Assembly (NCBI RefSeq): GCF_000284455.1
Contig: NC_017039.1
Coordinates: forward strand, 2,430,001 to 2,462,000
Origin: Synechocystis sp. PCC 6803 substr. PCC-P
GTDB taxonomy: Bacteria; Cyanobacteriota; Cyanobacteriia; Cyanobacteriales; Microcystaceae
Direction: 5' to 3'
DNA length: 32,000 nucleotides
The position numbers and the translations under genes are program-made. This document shows, piece after piece, positions 1 to 9,937 of this stretch. Under the pieces are notes generated by a model. That model saw only the letters and a program-made list of their open reading frames with translations, searched no databases and was not told the origin of the DNA. The first letter of the stretch is position 1. The number at the start of each line of letters is the position of its first letter.

Positions 1-264
1 CAAGATCCTGCCCTCCATAACTATAAAGAAGCTTTGCAGGCATGGACCCAAGCCCACTACAAATGTTTACCAGAATACCGAGTAGAACCCCTGGATCAAA
101 ATTTGCCCCAACAGTCAGGTTTTCAGGCAACGGTTTGGCTTGGCGATCAACCATTGGGTAGTGGTAGTGGTTCATCGAAAAAAAGTGCTGAACAGGCCGC
201 CGCTCAACAAGCCTACCAAGATTTTATTGCTAAGGAAATTTTACCCATGCCCAAAATAAATTAA
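1..264 (+). CDS. rnc: Ribonuclease III, C-terminal part (double-stranded RNA binding domain); 5' end lies outside the window
   Basis: Frame 1 is open from base 1 (QDPALHNYKEALQAWTQAHYKCLPEYRV...) and ends with a dsRBD-like SGFQATVWLGDQPLGSGSGSSKKSAEQAAAQQAY. The TTG at 34 in the ORF track is internal. Confidence 0.85.
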   Translation, partial: QDPALHNYKEALQAWTQAHYKCLPEYRVEPLDQNLPQQSGFQATVWLGDQPLGSGSGSSKKSAEQAAAQQAYQDFIAKEILPMPKIN

Positions 265-284
265 TTTGGTTAGATAGAGTTGAG

Positions 285-2588
285 TTAACAGATATATTGC
301 CGAGCCTGAATTTTAGCTAACAGTTGACCCATGCAAATGGCACCGTCGTTGGGCGGTAGTTCTCTGGGCCACAAAGGAGAAAAACCAGCTTTTTTGAGGG
401 CAGTAATGGTACTGGCAAGCAAATAACAATTTTGAAAGCAACCTCCCCCCAGAGCAACTTTTTCGATTCCCTGCTGTTGGGCAATAGTGATAATTAAATT
501 TACTAAACTGTTGTGGAATTTAGTGGCTATTAGGTTAGTTTTGCTTCTATCTTCTGTGGTTATAGCTTTAATTAAGGGGCGCCAATCAACAGCTAATTTT
601 TTTTCCTTGTTGTTTAGAGTCAAAGGATAATACTCCTCAGTTAAATTTGGCATAATCTGAGCTTCCAGAGCTATGGCCGCCTGACCTTCAAAAGTTACTT
701 CGTTAATCAATCCTATCAGTGTCGCAATACCGTCAAATAATCTTCCCATACTCGAAGTGAGCGGTGCTTGCCCTCGTTGCCAAAGTTGACGTAAATTTTT
801 GTTGTTTAGATCCTGATTTAACCTGCTGTTTATCTTGTTTTTAAACCCATTATTGAAATTCAACCAATTTCCTAAAGAATCAGCAGAAAAATCATCACCA
901 AAAGTGGGCCATAACAACGCCAAAGCAATCCGATGGGGATATTTAATGGCTTGTTGATTACCTAATAAATGAAATGGTTGTAGATGAGCAATTCTCTGCC
1001 AAGTACCTTGGGTGATTTTTAAAAATTCTCCCCCCCAAATAGTACCGTCCATGCCGTAGCCAGTGCCATCCCAAGCAATACCTAACACGGACTCCTCCAT
1101 AACTCCATGTTCCGCCATAACCGCTAAAATATGAGCATAGTGATGCTGCACAAAAGTGACAGGCAAAGCTTGGTTTTCAGCATATTGATGACTGAAATAA
1201 TCAGGGTGTAAATCTGCAACAATTTCCTGGGGAGAGAAATCGTATAGCTGGCTTAAATGGGCAATGGCTTCTTCAAAATTTTGGTAGGTGGGAGCAGAAT
1301 TCAAATCGCCCAAATGTTGGCTGACGTAAGCTTGATTTTGTTTGGCGATCGCCACTGTATTTTTATAATGACCTCCCATCGCCAATAGTTTTTTTTGAGT
1401 AGGCTTTGGTAAAGTAATGGGTTGAGGAGCGTAACCCCGGGCTCGACGCAAAAATAATGGCTTCCCAGCTACTATTTGGACAACGGAATCATCCACTGGA
1501 CAAACAATCGGGCGATCATGAACGAGAAAACCGTCAGCAATATTTTGTAACCGGGTTAAAGCGTCAATATTATCAATGCAAATTTGCTCCCCAGCTAAGT
1601 TACCACTGGTAGCTACCATGGGTTTCTTTAATTTTTTTAGTAATAAGTGATGCAAAGGAGTATAGGCTAACATTACGCCGACTCGGGGGTTGCCTGGGGC
1701 AATATTTTCCACCAAAATTAATTGTTTTTTTTTGTTTAATAACACAATAGGGGCGGCGGCACTTTGTAACAATTCAACTTCTAGATTATTAGGTTGGTAA
1801 TGCTCCACAATTTGACCAAGATTACCATACATTACCGCCAAAGGTTTATCCGGTCGATGTTTCCTTAATCTTAATTTTTCCACAGCTTCAAAATCAGTGG
1901 CATCACAACACAAATGGAAGCCACCTAAGCCTTTAATAGCGATAATATTGCCGACTTTTAAATTATCTACAGCAAAGTTTAAAGCTTCATTTGCTTCTGC
2001 AATTACTTGGCCTTGTCGGTTCCAAAAAGCCAGTTGGGGGCCACAGCGAGGACAGGCATTAGGTTGGGCATGGAAGCGTCTATCGCCTGGTTGCTTATAT
2101 TCCCTTTCACAGTCGGTACATTGGCGAAACCTAGCCATGGTGGTACGACAACGGTCGTAAGGTAGGGCTTCAATAATGGTGTAGCGGGGACCGCAATGGG
2201 TACAGTTAATAAAGGGGTAAAGATAACGGCGATCGCTAGGGTCAAATAGTTCTGTTAAGCAGGCGGAACAAGTGGATAAATCGGGTAAAATACTCGCAGT
2301 TTTAGGGCCATCACTACTGGGGCGGATAGTAAAGTTAGTAAAACTTTCCAGCGGTAACTGTTCAACGGCTAATTGTTCAATCAAACCAGGGGGAGGTAAT
2401 GTCTTCGTTAATCTCTCCGTAAAGTCGGCGATCGCCTTTTCGTCGGCGGTAATGACAACGGTAGCTCCTTGAGTGGAATTATTCACCCAACCATTCAGTC
2501 CCATTTCCTGGGCAAGGGTATAAACAAAGGGACGAAAACCCACTCCTTGCACCCTTCCCTGGACCTGTATGGCAACGGTTTTTAACAT
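285..2588 (-). CDS. hypF: Carbamoyltransferase HypF, [NiFe]-hydrogenase maturation
   Basis: N-terminal acylphosphatase motif VQGRVQGVGFRPFVY; paired CxxC zinc fingers (CSACL...CTHCGPRYT, CRQC-like CTDC...CGPQ); YrdC-like segment; C-terminal HHYAHILAVMAEHG and LGGGCFQNCYL. The ORF opens at 2633, but the family start is probably MLKTVAIQVQG at 2588. Confidence 0.95.
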   Translation of the reverse strand: MLKTVAIQVQGRVQGVGFRPFVYTLAQEMGLNGWVNNSTQGATVVITADEKAIADFTERLTKTLPPPGLIEQLAVEQLPLESFTNFTIRPSSDGPKTASILPDLSTCSACLTELFDPSDRRYLYPFINCTHCGPRYTIIEALPYDRCRTTMARFRQCTDCEREYKQPGDRRFHAQPNACPRCGPQLAFWNRQGQVIAEANEALNFAVDNLKVGNIIAIKGLGGFHLCCDATDFEAVEKLRLRKHRPDKPLAVMYGNLGQIVEHYQPNNLEVELLQSAAAPIVLLNKKKQLILVENIAPGNPRVGVMLAYTPLHHLLLKKLKKPMVATSGNLAGEQICIDNIDALTRLQNIADGFLVHDRPIVCPVDDSVVQIVAGKPLFLRRARGYAPQPITLPKPTQKKLLAMGGHYKNTVAIAKQNQAYVSQHLGDLNSAPTYQNFEEAIAHLSQLYDFSPQEIVADLHPDYFSHQYAENQALPVTFVQHHYAHILAVMAEHGVMEESVLGIAWDGTGYGMDGTIWGGEFLKITQGTWQRIAHLQPFHLLGNQQAIKYPHRIALALLWPTFGDDFSADSLGNWLNFNNGFKNKINSRLNQDLNNKNLRQLWQRGQAPLTSSMGRLFDGIATLIGLINEVTFEGQAAIALEAQIMPNLTEEYYPLTLNNKEKKLAVDWRPLIKAITTEDRSKTNLIATKFHNSLVNLIITIAQQQGIEKVALGGGCFQNCYLLASTITALKKAGFSPLWPRELPPNDGAICMGQLLAKIQARQYIC

Positions 2589-2633
2589 TATTCTACTTCC
2601 ATTAATACTGTTAAATAACCTGCTATGCCACAA

Positions 2634-4130
2634 CTAAGAATTAGCGTTATTTTTCCAATAAGATGCTAATAATTGGTGGGGATAGGGAGAGGCAACGAGA
2701 GCTTGGGCTTGATGGTAATGGGCGCTATAATCTCGATGGCTCCGGTCAACTTCCTCCGTTGGGAGAATAGTTTTTAACTGCTTGAGAGTTTGCACCGCCA
2801 CTGTAGGAAAAAAGGAAAACTTACCCGGTAACACACAAAGGTAGTTGCTCTGGGGATTAACTTCAATCCAATAACTATAGCGACGTTTTTGGGCATCGTC
2901 ACTAATGAACTCCGTTTTAACGCAATCGTAACTCCAGAGTTGACGTTGATATAAATTTTCTTCGCTGAAATACCGTGCCGCCGTATCCAAAAGTAATTCA
3001 ATTTCTCCACTAGCTAAATAATCATTTTCGTTACTGACGTAACCAGAATTTGCCAGCATGGAATAGTTTAGAAATTCCGAAGAATCAGGAATATTTGCCC
3101 TTTGAAAAAAATGATTGAAATGGTAGGAGTTTTTAGTGGACATCCGCACGAAATTATGGGAACTAATGGCAGGGTAAGCTACCACCATGGTGCTGCGACT
3201 TTGTTTTAGCTTAGCTCGCACCTGTAGAGTGGGTAAAATGCGCTCAAAGCCTGCTCCCACTGCAAAAATAAACGCTTTGGCTTTAAGGTAATGTTGCTGT
3301 CCTTGGCAATCTCGATAAAAGATACTTTGTACCCTGACTGGGCCATAACGATCCACATTAATTTGTTCTAAATTAATTCCGGTGGCGATCGCCGTTCCGT
3401 GGGCCAGGGCGCTGGCGGTAAGATCCTGCAAAATCCCCTGGGTATCCATGGCACAATCTAAACTTTTCAACAGGGCATAGTCACTGGGTTTTACCCCATG
3501 GCTAAGGTCAAATTGTTGGCAATAGTGACTAATTTTTTCCGACTGACCTAATAGACTGCAACTCCGCTGTTCATAACTTTCCAAATGGTCATAGTCCGGT
3601 GCCACTGCTCCATTGCCCGTCGGCGATCGCCAATTGAATTGCTGCCCATAGGCCATTTCCAAACGACCCAACACCCGCTTTAACTGCATTTCCAACTGCA
3701 CCCGATCCCCCTTGAGGCCGGACTGGAGCATTTCTGGGGAGTGGCGTTGGGGATGGATCAGGTAAACGGGATTGGGGTCGAACCAACCTGCGCCGGTAAC
3801 TGTGGGGCGGTAACCGTGGTCAAATTGCTCCAAGGTCAAATTACAGCGACCCGCGAAATAATGGCTGTAATGGTTGAGTAAATCCTCCACCCCATTAACG
3901 CAATTAAAAAAAGTCTGACCATCATCCTGGCCCGAATATAGGGCCCCCGTATGGAACCAACCCTCCAATTTGCCGGAGGAATCCCCCCCCAAATGGCTAT
4001 TTTGTTCTAACAACTGCACTGACAGGTTAGTATGGCGGGCCACATATTCGGCGATCGCCACCCCAGCAATGCCTCCCCCAATGACGGCCACATCGACCCG
4101 ATTGATTGCCGCCGCACCAACTTGAACCAT
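2634..4130 (-). CDS. FAD-dependent oxidoreductase (DAO-like)
   Basis: N-terminal dinucleotide-binding motif VAVIGGGIAGVAIAEYVAR...LEQNSHLGGDSSGK in a 498-aa ORF. Confidence 0.8.
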   Translation of the reverse strand: MVQVGAAAINRVDVAVIGGGIAGVAIAEYVARHTNLSVQLLEQNSHLGGDSSGKLEGWFHTGALYSGQDDGQTFFNCVNGVEDLLNHYSHYFAGRCNLTLEQFDHGYRPTVTGAGWFDPNPVYLIHPQRHSPEMLQSGLKGDRVQLEMQLKRVLGRLEMAYGQQFNWRSPTGNGAVAPDYDHLESYEQRSCSLLGQSEKISHYCQQFDLSHGVKPSDYALLKSLDCAMDTQGILQDLTASALAHGTAIATGINLEQINVDRYGPVRVQSIFYRDCQGQQHYLKAKAFIFAVGAGFERILPTLQVRAKLKQSRSTMVVAYPAISSHNFVRMSTKNSYHFNHFFQRANIPDSSEFLNYSMLANSGYVSNENDYLASGEIELLLDTAARYFSEENLYQRQLWSYDCVKTEFISDDAQKRRYSYWIEVNPQSNYLCVLPGKFSFFPTVAVQTLKQLKTILPTEEVDRSHRDYSAHYHQAQALVASPYPHQLLASYWKNNANS

Positions 4131-4268
4131 AAACTATGCTGAATTTATCCATGGGAGCTTTAACCCCCCTATTCTAGATTCAATCCGGTAAACCATGGCC
4201 ATGCATAAGCACGGCAAACAGAGCTCAAGCTCACCGGAAACTCTGCCACTATAGACTTTCCTCTTCCC

Positions 4269-5054
4269 ATGACCACTCTGTACAATCTGCTCGCCATTCT
4301 CCGTAAAGAGCTACTAAGTTATTTTGGTTCTCCTTTTGCCTATGGCATTGCCGCCATTTTTTGGTTAATGTCGGGAATTTTCTTTTCTTTGATGCTCAGT
4401 CAAATTATCTCCAACGTTGAGTTTTTGCGGCAGTCGGGGGTTTCTGAGCCAGTGGATGTGGCGGGGGATTTTCTTTCTAGTTATTTAGGCTTAATTATTT
4501 CGTTGATTTTAGTACTACTACCTGCCCTTTCCATGGGACTGTACGCAGAAGAAAGAAAGCGAGGCACCCTGGAATTATTGGCCACCTCCCCAGTCACCAA
4601 TTGGGTGGTGGCGGTGGGCAAATTAATGGGGGCATTACTGTTTTTCTCAGTGTTGTTAGTTCCCCTATGGATTTATCAAATCATTATCTTTTCTGCGGCT
4701 AATCCTCCCCTACCAAGCGGTTTAGTGCTAGTGGCCAATGGGGCGGTAATTCTAGTGGCGGCGGCGGTGCTTTCCCTAGGCATGTTCATTTCTTCTCTGA
4801 CGGAAAACGTGATAATTGCCTACATTCTCACCTTCGTTTTAATTTTGATGCTTTGGATTATGGATGTATTTGCCCAAAACCTAGGCGGGGCGATCGCCGA
4901 TGTCTTCGCCTACCTTTCCCTTTTCCAAAGTTACCAAGATTTAATTAACGGAGTAATCAATAGTAAAAGCTGTGTGTTATTTGCCAGCTACATTTTTCTG
5001 GGTATTTTCCTCACTGCCCAGTCCATCGAAGCCCTAAGATTTCAACGTTCTTAA
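4269..5054 (+). CDS. ABC-2 type transporter permease (GldF-like)
   Basis: 261-aa hydrophobic ORF with MSGIFFSLMLSQII...LLPALSMGLYAEERKRGTLELLATSPVTNWVVAVGKLMGA, characteristic of ABC-2 permeases. Confidence 0.85.
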   Translation: MTTLYNLLAILRKELLSYFGSPFAYGIAAIFWLMSGIFFSLMLSQIISNVEFLRQSGVSEPVDVAGDFLSSYLGLIISLILVLLPALSMGLYAEERKRGTLELLATSPVTNWVVAVGKLMGALLFFSVLLVPLWIYQIIIFSAANPPLPSGLVLVANGAVILVAAAVLSLGMFISSLTENVIIAYILTFVLILMLWIMDVFAQNLGGAIADVFAYLSLFQSYQDLINGVINSKSCVLFASYIFLGIFLTAQSIEALRFQRS

Positions 5055-5060
5055 CCCAAG

Positions 5061-5723
5061 TTAACCGGGGCCGCCATGCTCAAACACATTGCCATACATA
5101 CCCAAATCAAGGGTTACCATCACCGGTAAACACTCGAAACACCTTTGGGCTAACCGTAAACGATCCTCCCTGGCCAGCATTTTTTCTAACTTATGGCGCA
5201 GGGGAATCAAATAACGTACATCATTGGCAGCATAGGCCAATTGGGCCTTACTCAAATTAGCCGCGTTGCCCCAATCGGAACATTGGGAAGACTTATCCAA
5301 TTCCACTCCCACCAATTCCTGCACCAGCGTTTTGAGTCCATGGTGGGAAGTGTAGGTACGGGCAATTTTGCTGGCAATTTTAGTACAAAAAATCGGATAA
5401 GTTTTAATGTCAAAGGTGTGTTTTAGTTGGGCCGTGTCGAAACGAGCAAAATGGAAGATTTTAGTGATACCTGGGTCTTCCATCAATCGGGTCAGGTTAG
5501 GGGCCTCCTCCTGGCCTTTGGCAATGCGTAAAGCCGTCACATTGCCCTCTGGATCACAAATTTGCACCAAGCAGAGGCGGTCCCGATGGGGATTTAAACC
5601 CATGGTTTCCGTATCCACCGCAACTTCTTTGCAAGCCAAAAGCTGCTGGCAAACGTCTTCGGGTAAATCGTAGTCAAAAACTTCGAACTGACTCAGGGTA
5701 TCGGCAGAGGGCATGGTAAGCAA
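5061..5723 (-). CDS. Ribonuclease D-like 3'-5' exonuclease
   Basis: DEDD exonuclease motifs: VAVDTETMGLNPHRDRLCLVQI, HFARFDTAQL, and AANDVRYLIPL. Confidence 0.9.
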   Translation of the reverse strand: MLTMPSADTLSQFEVFDYDLPEDVCQQLLACKEVAVDTETMGLNPHRDRLCLVQICDPEGNVTALRIAKGQEEAPNLTRLMEDPGITKIFHFARFDTAQLKHTFDIKTYPIFCTKIASKIARTYTSHHGLKTLVQELVGVELDKSSQCSDWGNAANLSKAQLAYAANDVRYLIPLRHKLEKMLAREDRLRLAQRCFECLPVMVTLDLGMYGNVFEHGGPG

Positions 5724-5747
5724 TAAAAATCAATAAAAGAAAATTTC

Positions 5748-6641
5748 CTAGGGGCGAAAATCCGCAGGGGTGGGGGTGCGGCGTCGGGGAGGATTTGGTT
5801 TAACCACAAGGGCCGGTTTGGGAGTAACCGTTTCCATTTCTTTGGCAACGGAGTTTTCTTCGGTCACAGTGCTGACACTCTCTTCTTCCATCACCATGCC
5901 GGACTGTTCATTAGCGGGTACTTCTGGTACTTCCTGCTTAATGATAATTTCCGTCCCGGTTTCCGTTACCTCTGTTGGAGTGGGGTTAGGATTATTCTCC
6001 AAGGTCTGAACCGGCTCAGGGGCAATGAGTTCTTGTTTTTCTGGGGTGATTGGCTCTGGGCCCACAGGGCTAACAGCGGTTCCGCCCAAAATAGCGGCCT
6101 GGGTGCCACTAATGTAGTAGTGCCCCAAAACTTGACCTTCGTAGGTGCGTTTAGTGAACTGCCAGCCTGGGTTGAGCTGTACCTGCATAAAACCTGCGCC
6201 AATCCCCTTGGTACTACCAACTACGAGTTCGGGGCCGCGGCCGTTGCGAGAAGTGGCCACCAAAACTAATTCATTGCCCCTGGGTACAAGACGTAATAAG
6301 TAATCCAAGCCATAGTCCTGGCCATCGATGCGGATGGAATAGCCGTTGCTGTCTGTGGCGCGGCGGCAGTGGCCAGTGAAGTCAAAATTTAACAGCAGGG
6401 GATCCACCATGGCCGGTGCTCCGGGGGTGACATCCCAACATTTGTTTTTACCGGGAATCTGTTCAATCACCAAAAGGTCATACTTAGTGGTTTCGACGCC
6501 ATAGGGGCGGGCCACTGCAATTACCTCAGTTTGATCGATCGCTGTTTCGGTGAAGGTACTGGCGGAGACGGGGGTGAAGGGAGCCAAGATAGCCCCGACG
6601 GCCATGGCTAGGAAGGGGTGTGGGAAAAATTTCCAGTTCAT
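5748..6641 (-). CDS. Hypothetical secreted/periplasmic protein
   Basis: Long ORF with a plausible signal peptide (MNWKFFPHPFLAMAVGAILAPFTPVSASTF) and an acidic/proline-rich C-terminal region. The start could be 6656. Confidence 0.65.
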   Translation of the reverse strand: MNWKFFPHPFLAMAVGAILAPFTPVSASTFTETAIDQTEVIAVARPYGVETTKYDLLVIEQIPGKNKCWDVTPGAPAMVDPLLLNFDFTGHCRRATDSNGYSIRIDGQDYGLDYLLRLVPRGNELVLVATSRNGRGPELVVGSTKGIGAGFMQVQLNPGWQFTKRTYEGQVLGHYYISGTQAAILGGTAVSPVGPEPITPEKQELIAPEPVQTLENNPNPTPTEVTETGTEIIIKQEVPEVPANEQSGMVMEEESVSTVTEENSVAKEMETVTPKPALVVKPNPPRRRTPTPADFRP

Positions 6642-6917
6642 AAGAGAAATAGTCAACGCGGCATAGGATTGTTAACCCCATCAAGCCCGAAAATGTTCCC
6701 CAACGGAGCCCCAGAGAGACAGTCTGCAGGTTGGAACAGAACGTCTGGGAACCAGGCTCAGTCAAGATTGCTAGCCCATTCTACCAAACGGGCCCCCAGG
6801 GCTTTACCCATGGCCGAAAAATCGAGCAACGGCAATGGGCTTTGAGCTTGTCTAGCGGTTGGGGGGAGAGGATGGCAAAATGGAACAACATAATACAGGT
6901 GACATTCTCGTTTTTCT

Positions 6918-8138
6918 ATGGATACCAAAGCTTTTAAACGGTCTCTGCACCACTCCGACAATTACCATCGCAAGGGGTTTGGCCATGGGGAAGAGGTGAT
7001 GGGGGTAATGAATACGGAATACCAAAGTCACCTAATCCAGGAAATTCGTCAGAATAATTACCGCCTAGAGCGGGGGGATGTCACCATTCTGTTGGCGGAG
7101 GCCTTCGGTTTTTGCTGGGGCGTGGAGCGAGCCGTAGCCATGGCCTACGAAACCCGTCAACATTTCCCTGGCGATCGCCTCTGGATTACCAACGAAATTA
7201 TCCATAATCCTTCGGTGAATCAACGACTGCGGGAAATGGAAGTGAATTTTATTGATGTGGTTAACGGGGAAAAGGATTTTAGCGGCGTGGCCAAGGGAGA
7301 CGTGGTGATTCTGCCCGCCTTCGGGGCCAGTGTGGAGGAAATGCAGCTACTCAACGACCGGGAGTGTACCATTGTCGATACTACGTGTCCTTGGGTTTCT
7401 AAAGTTTGGAATTCGGTGGAAAAACATAAAAAGAAAGAGCATACTTCCATCATCCACGGCAAATATAACCACGAAGAAACCATTGCCACCAGTTCCTTTG
7501 CTGGGACCTATTTAATTGTTTTGAATATGGCCGAAGCCCAAAAGGTTTGTGATTATATTCTCCACGGTGGCGATCGCCAGGAATTTTTAGACTATTTCGC
7601 CAATGCCCATTCCGCTGGTTTTGACCCGGACCAAGATTTAGTTCGTTTGGGGGTCGCCAACCAAACCACCATGCTGAAAAGTGAAACGGAAATGATTGGC
7701 AAATTGTTTGAAAAAACCCTGTTGCAAAAATATGGCCCAATCGAGTTGAACAATCACTTTATGAGTTTTAATACCATTTGCGATGCCACCCAGGAACGGC
7801 AGGATGCCATGTTTGATTTAGTTGAAGAAGACTTGTCCTTAATGGTAGTTATTGGTGGTTTTAATTCTTCTAATACGACCCATCTCCAAGAAATTGCGGT
7901 GGAACATGGTATTCCTTCGGTTCACATTGACAGCGGCGATCGCATTGGGCCGGGCAATCGGGTGGAGCATAAGCCCCTGGGCAAGGATTTAGAAGTGTTG
8001 GAACCCTGGCTACCGGCGGGGAAAATTACGGTGGGGGTGACTTCCGGCGCTTCTACCCCCGACAAGGTAGTGGAGGAAGTGATGAAAAAAATCTTGGCCA
8101 TTAAGGAAGCCCAACCCGTCCTAGAAATTGCGGGATAG
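6918..8138 (+). CDS. ispH: 4-hydroxy-3-methylbut-2-enyl diphosphate reductase (IspH/LytB)
   Basis: Conserved [44 protein letters not shown]-like, and [10 protein letters not shown]...[15 protein letters not shown] motifs. Confidence 0.95.
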   Translation: MDTKAFKRSLHHSDNYHRKGFGHGEEVMGVMNTEYQSHLIQEIRQNNYRLERGDVTILLAEAFGFCWGVERAVAMAYETRQHFPGDRLWITNEIIHNPSVNQRLREMEVNFIDVVNGEKDFSGVAKGDVVILPAFGASVEEMQLLNDRECTIVDTTCPWVSKVWNSVEKHKKKEHTSIIHGKYNHEETIATSSFAGTYLIVLNMAEAQKVCDYILHGGDRQEFLDYFANAHSAGFDPDQDLVRLGVANQTTMLKSETEMIGKLFEKTLLQKYGPIELNNHFMSFNTICDATQERQDAMFDLVEEDLSLMVVIGGFNSSNTTHLQEIAVEHGIPSVHIDSGDRIGPGNRVEHKPLGKDLEVLEPWLPAGKITVGVTSGASTPDKVVEEVMKKILAIKEAQPVLEIAG

Positions 8139-8759
8139 GGAAGGATCGGGGCTGGCCTGGCTGTTGAGCATGAGGCGTAAATTTTGACAGCGCAACAGTT
8201 CATTAAAGCTGAGGGTACTGCGGTTTTCAATCCTGGCCGTGTTTTCGATCGCCGTTAACAGGGCCTGGATGGCTTCTTTTTGGTTGTAGCCCCGACGTAC
8301 CGCTACCTTGAGGGCTTGGGCGTCAGCTTCGATTTCCCGTTCATTGCTTTGGTAACCCCGCCAAATTTGTTGAGCAGCTAAGGCCGTTAATCCTCCGGCC
8401 ACCACCATGCCTACCCCATCCCTTTGCCAAAGTTGTACCCCCACGGCGATCGCCCCCGCCACGGTCAACCCTTGGTATAAATCTGGCTTGAACCAACGGA
8501 TATTAACCAAACGACAGACCACACTCAGCATCAGCAAATCCCGTTCCTGGATGGTCAACTCCCACCACAGACTAAAATTAATTTTCACCAGGCGATCGCC
8601 AAATTGCCAGGGCTTAGGAAAATCACAATCAATTACCCGGGACTGTTTCGGCTGGGCCTGGAGTTTAACTAGCATCCGCCCCGAAGCCGGCATCAACTCT
8701 TTCAGACGACGAACTTCCGTTTCTTGGTCACTGCCTTGATAGGTTCCCTGGCGGTTCAT
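8121..8759 (-). CDS. Conserved cyanobacterial protein, DUF3318-like
   Basis: 212-aa ORF beginning [21 protein letters not shown], with two hydrophobic stretches. It overlaps the ispH 3' end by 18 nt. The family name is from memory. Confidence 0.6.
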   Translation of the reverse strand: MNRQGTYQGSDQETEVRRLKELMPASGRMLVKLQAQPKQSRVIDCDFPKPWQFGDRLVKINFSLWWELTIQERDLLMLSVVCRLVNIRWFKPDLYQGLTVAGAIAVGVQLWQRDGVGMVVAGGLTALAAQQIWRGYQSNEREIEADAQALKVAVRRGYNQKEAIQALLTAIENTARIENRSTLSFNELLRCQNLRLMLNSQASPDPSLSRNF

Positions 8760-8856
8760 AGTGATTTAAATCTTAGCTAGCATCGACTTCAAGTCTGACA
8801 CATACTTTCGACAACGTTAAACAATAAATGTTGGCAATTGTTATGGCGATGTTTAA

Positions 8857-9727
8857 GAGCGTGTTTGAAAAGTAGGGTGAAGAATGGAAAATGGTGAAAA
8901 GAATAAAATTTTCACCATAATTAATGATAATTCGAGAATTTTACAGCACGGACATCACAGATAGCCAGTGGCAATTGGTAGAACCCCATTTACCCAAAGC
9001 AAAAACTGGGGGAAGAAAACGGAAAACTAGTCTGCGGGAGATACTCAATGCTATTTTTTACATGCTCAGAACGGGGTGTGCCTGGCGACTTCTGCCCCAT
9101 GATTTTCCTAAATGGCGAACGGTCTATGGTTATTTCCAGCCATGGCACGAAGATGGTACCTGGAAAAAATTAAACCGTATCTTCCGTGAGAAAGTTCGGC
9201 TCAAAGCTGGAAGAAATACTCACCCTAGTGCCGGTTGTTTAGATTCACAGTCACTTAAAAAGGCTGGAACTGGCCAAGAAACTGGCTATGACGGCGGAAA
9301 AAAGGTCAATGGTCGTAAACGTACAATCCTCGTGGATACCATGGGATTACTTCTCGATGTTGTCGTCCATGGTGCCCATCGCTCCGACCATCAGGGTCTG
9401 ATTCTACTTGCTACCTGGTTTGCTCCCCTTTGGCAGTGCCTGCAAGTTATATGGACTGATAGCACCTTTGGCGGAAAGGATTTTATCTATTGGGTGGAGC
9501 ATACTTTTGGTTGGAATTTGAATGTCGTCAGCAAAAAGCAGGGACAAAAAGGTTTTGAAGTCTTACCCCGCCGTTGGGTAGTCGAGCGCACCTTTGCTTG
9601 GTTTGGTCGCTATCGTCGTTTAAGCAAGGATTATGAATATTTACCTACCACCAGTGAGACCATGCTCTATGTTGCCATGGTTCATCTCATGCTTCAAAGG
9701 CTTGCTTAAAACTTTTCAAACACTTTC
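8857..9727 (+). mobile_element. Complete 871-bp IS5-family insertion sequence
   Basis: Terminal inverted repeats GAGCGTGTTTGAAAAGT (8857-8873) and GAAAGTGTTTGAAAAGT (reverse complement of 9711-9727), with 13 identical internal bases. TAA direct repeats flank it at 8854-8856 and 9728-9730, and it encloses an intact transposase. Confidence 0.92.
8924..9709 (+). CDS. IS5-family transposase, apparently intact
   Basis: 261-aa ORF: MIIREFYSTDITDSQWQLVEPHLP...LREILNAIFYMLRTGCAWRLLPHDFPKWRTVYGYFQPW...RRWVVERTFAWFGRYRRLSKDYE. Confidence 0.95.
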   Translation: MIIREFYSTDITDSQWQLVEPHLPKAKTGGRKRKTSLREILNAIFYMLRTGCAWRLLPHDFPKWRTVYGYFQPWHEDGTWKKLNRIFREKVRLKAGRNTHPSAGCLDSQSLKKAGTGQETGYDGGKKVNGRKRTILVDTMGLLLDVVVHGAHRSDHQGLILLATWFAPLWQCLQVIWTDSTFGGKDFIYWVEHTFGWNLNVVSKKQGQKGFEVLPRRWVVERTFAWFGRYRRLSKDYEYLPTTSETMLYVAMVHLMLQRLA

Positions 9728-9937
9728 TAAGGGATTGTATGTCCTTTGAGCTAAAGCTCGACGTCAAAGGAACCGTTTTGGTGAACAATTAATGAACAAT
9801 CGTTAAAAATCCTAGTCAGTGGCCTAAGCATTCCGTCCCCTTGAGCTTTTGGCCTGTGCCCTTCCTTCAATCCATGGAGGAAAATGGCCAGTTCGGTGAT
9901 CGCCGCCACCGTGACCTTTCTCTGTTTCCCATCATCC

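Noticed and set aside
1897-2472. Small ORFs antisense to or overlapping hypF
   Set aside because: hypF is strongly supported across this interval; the small frames look like shadow ORFs of a GC-moderate coding gene.
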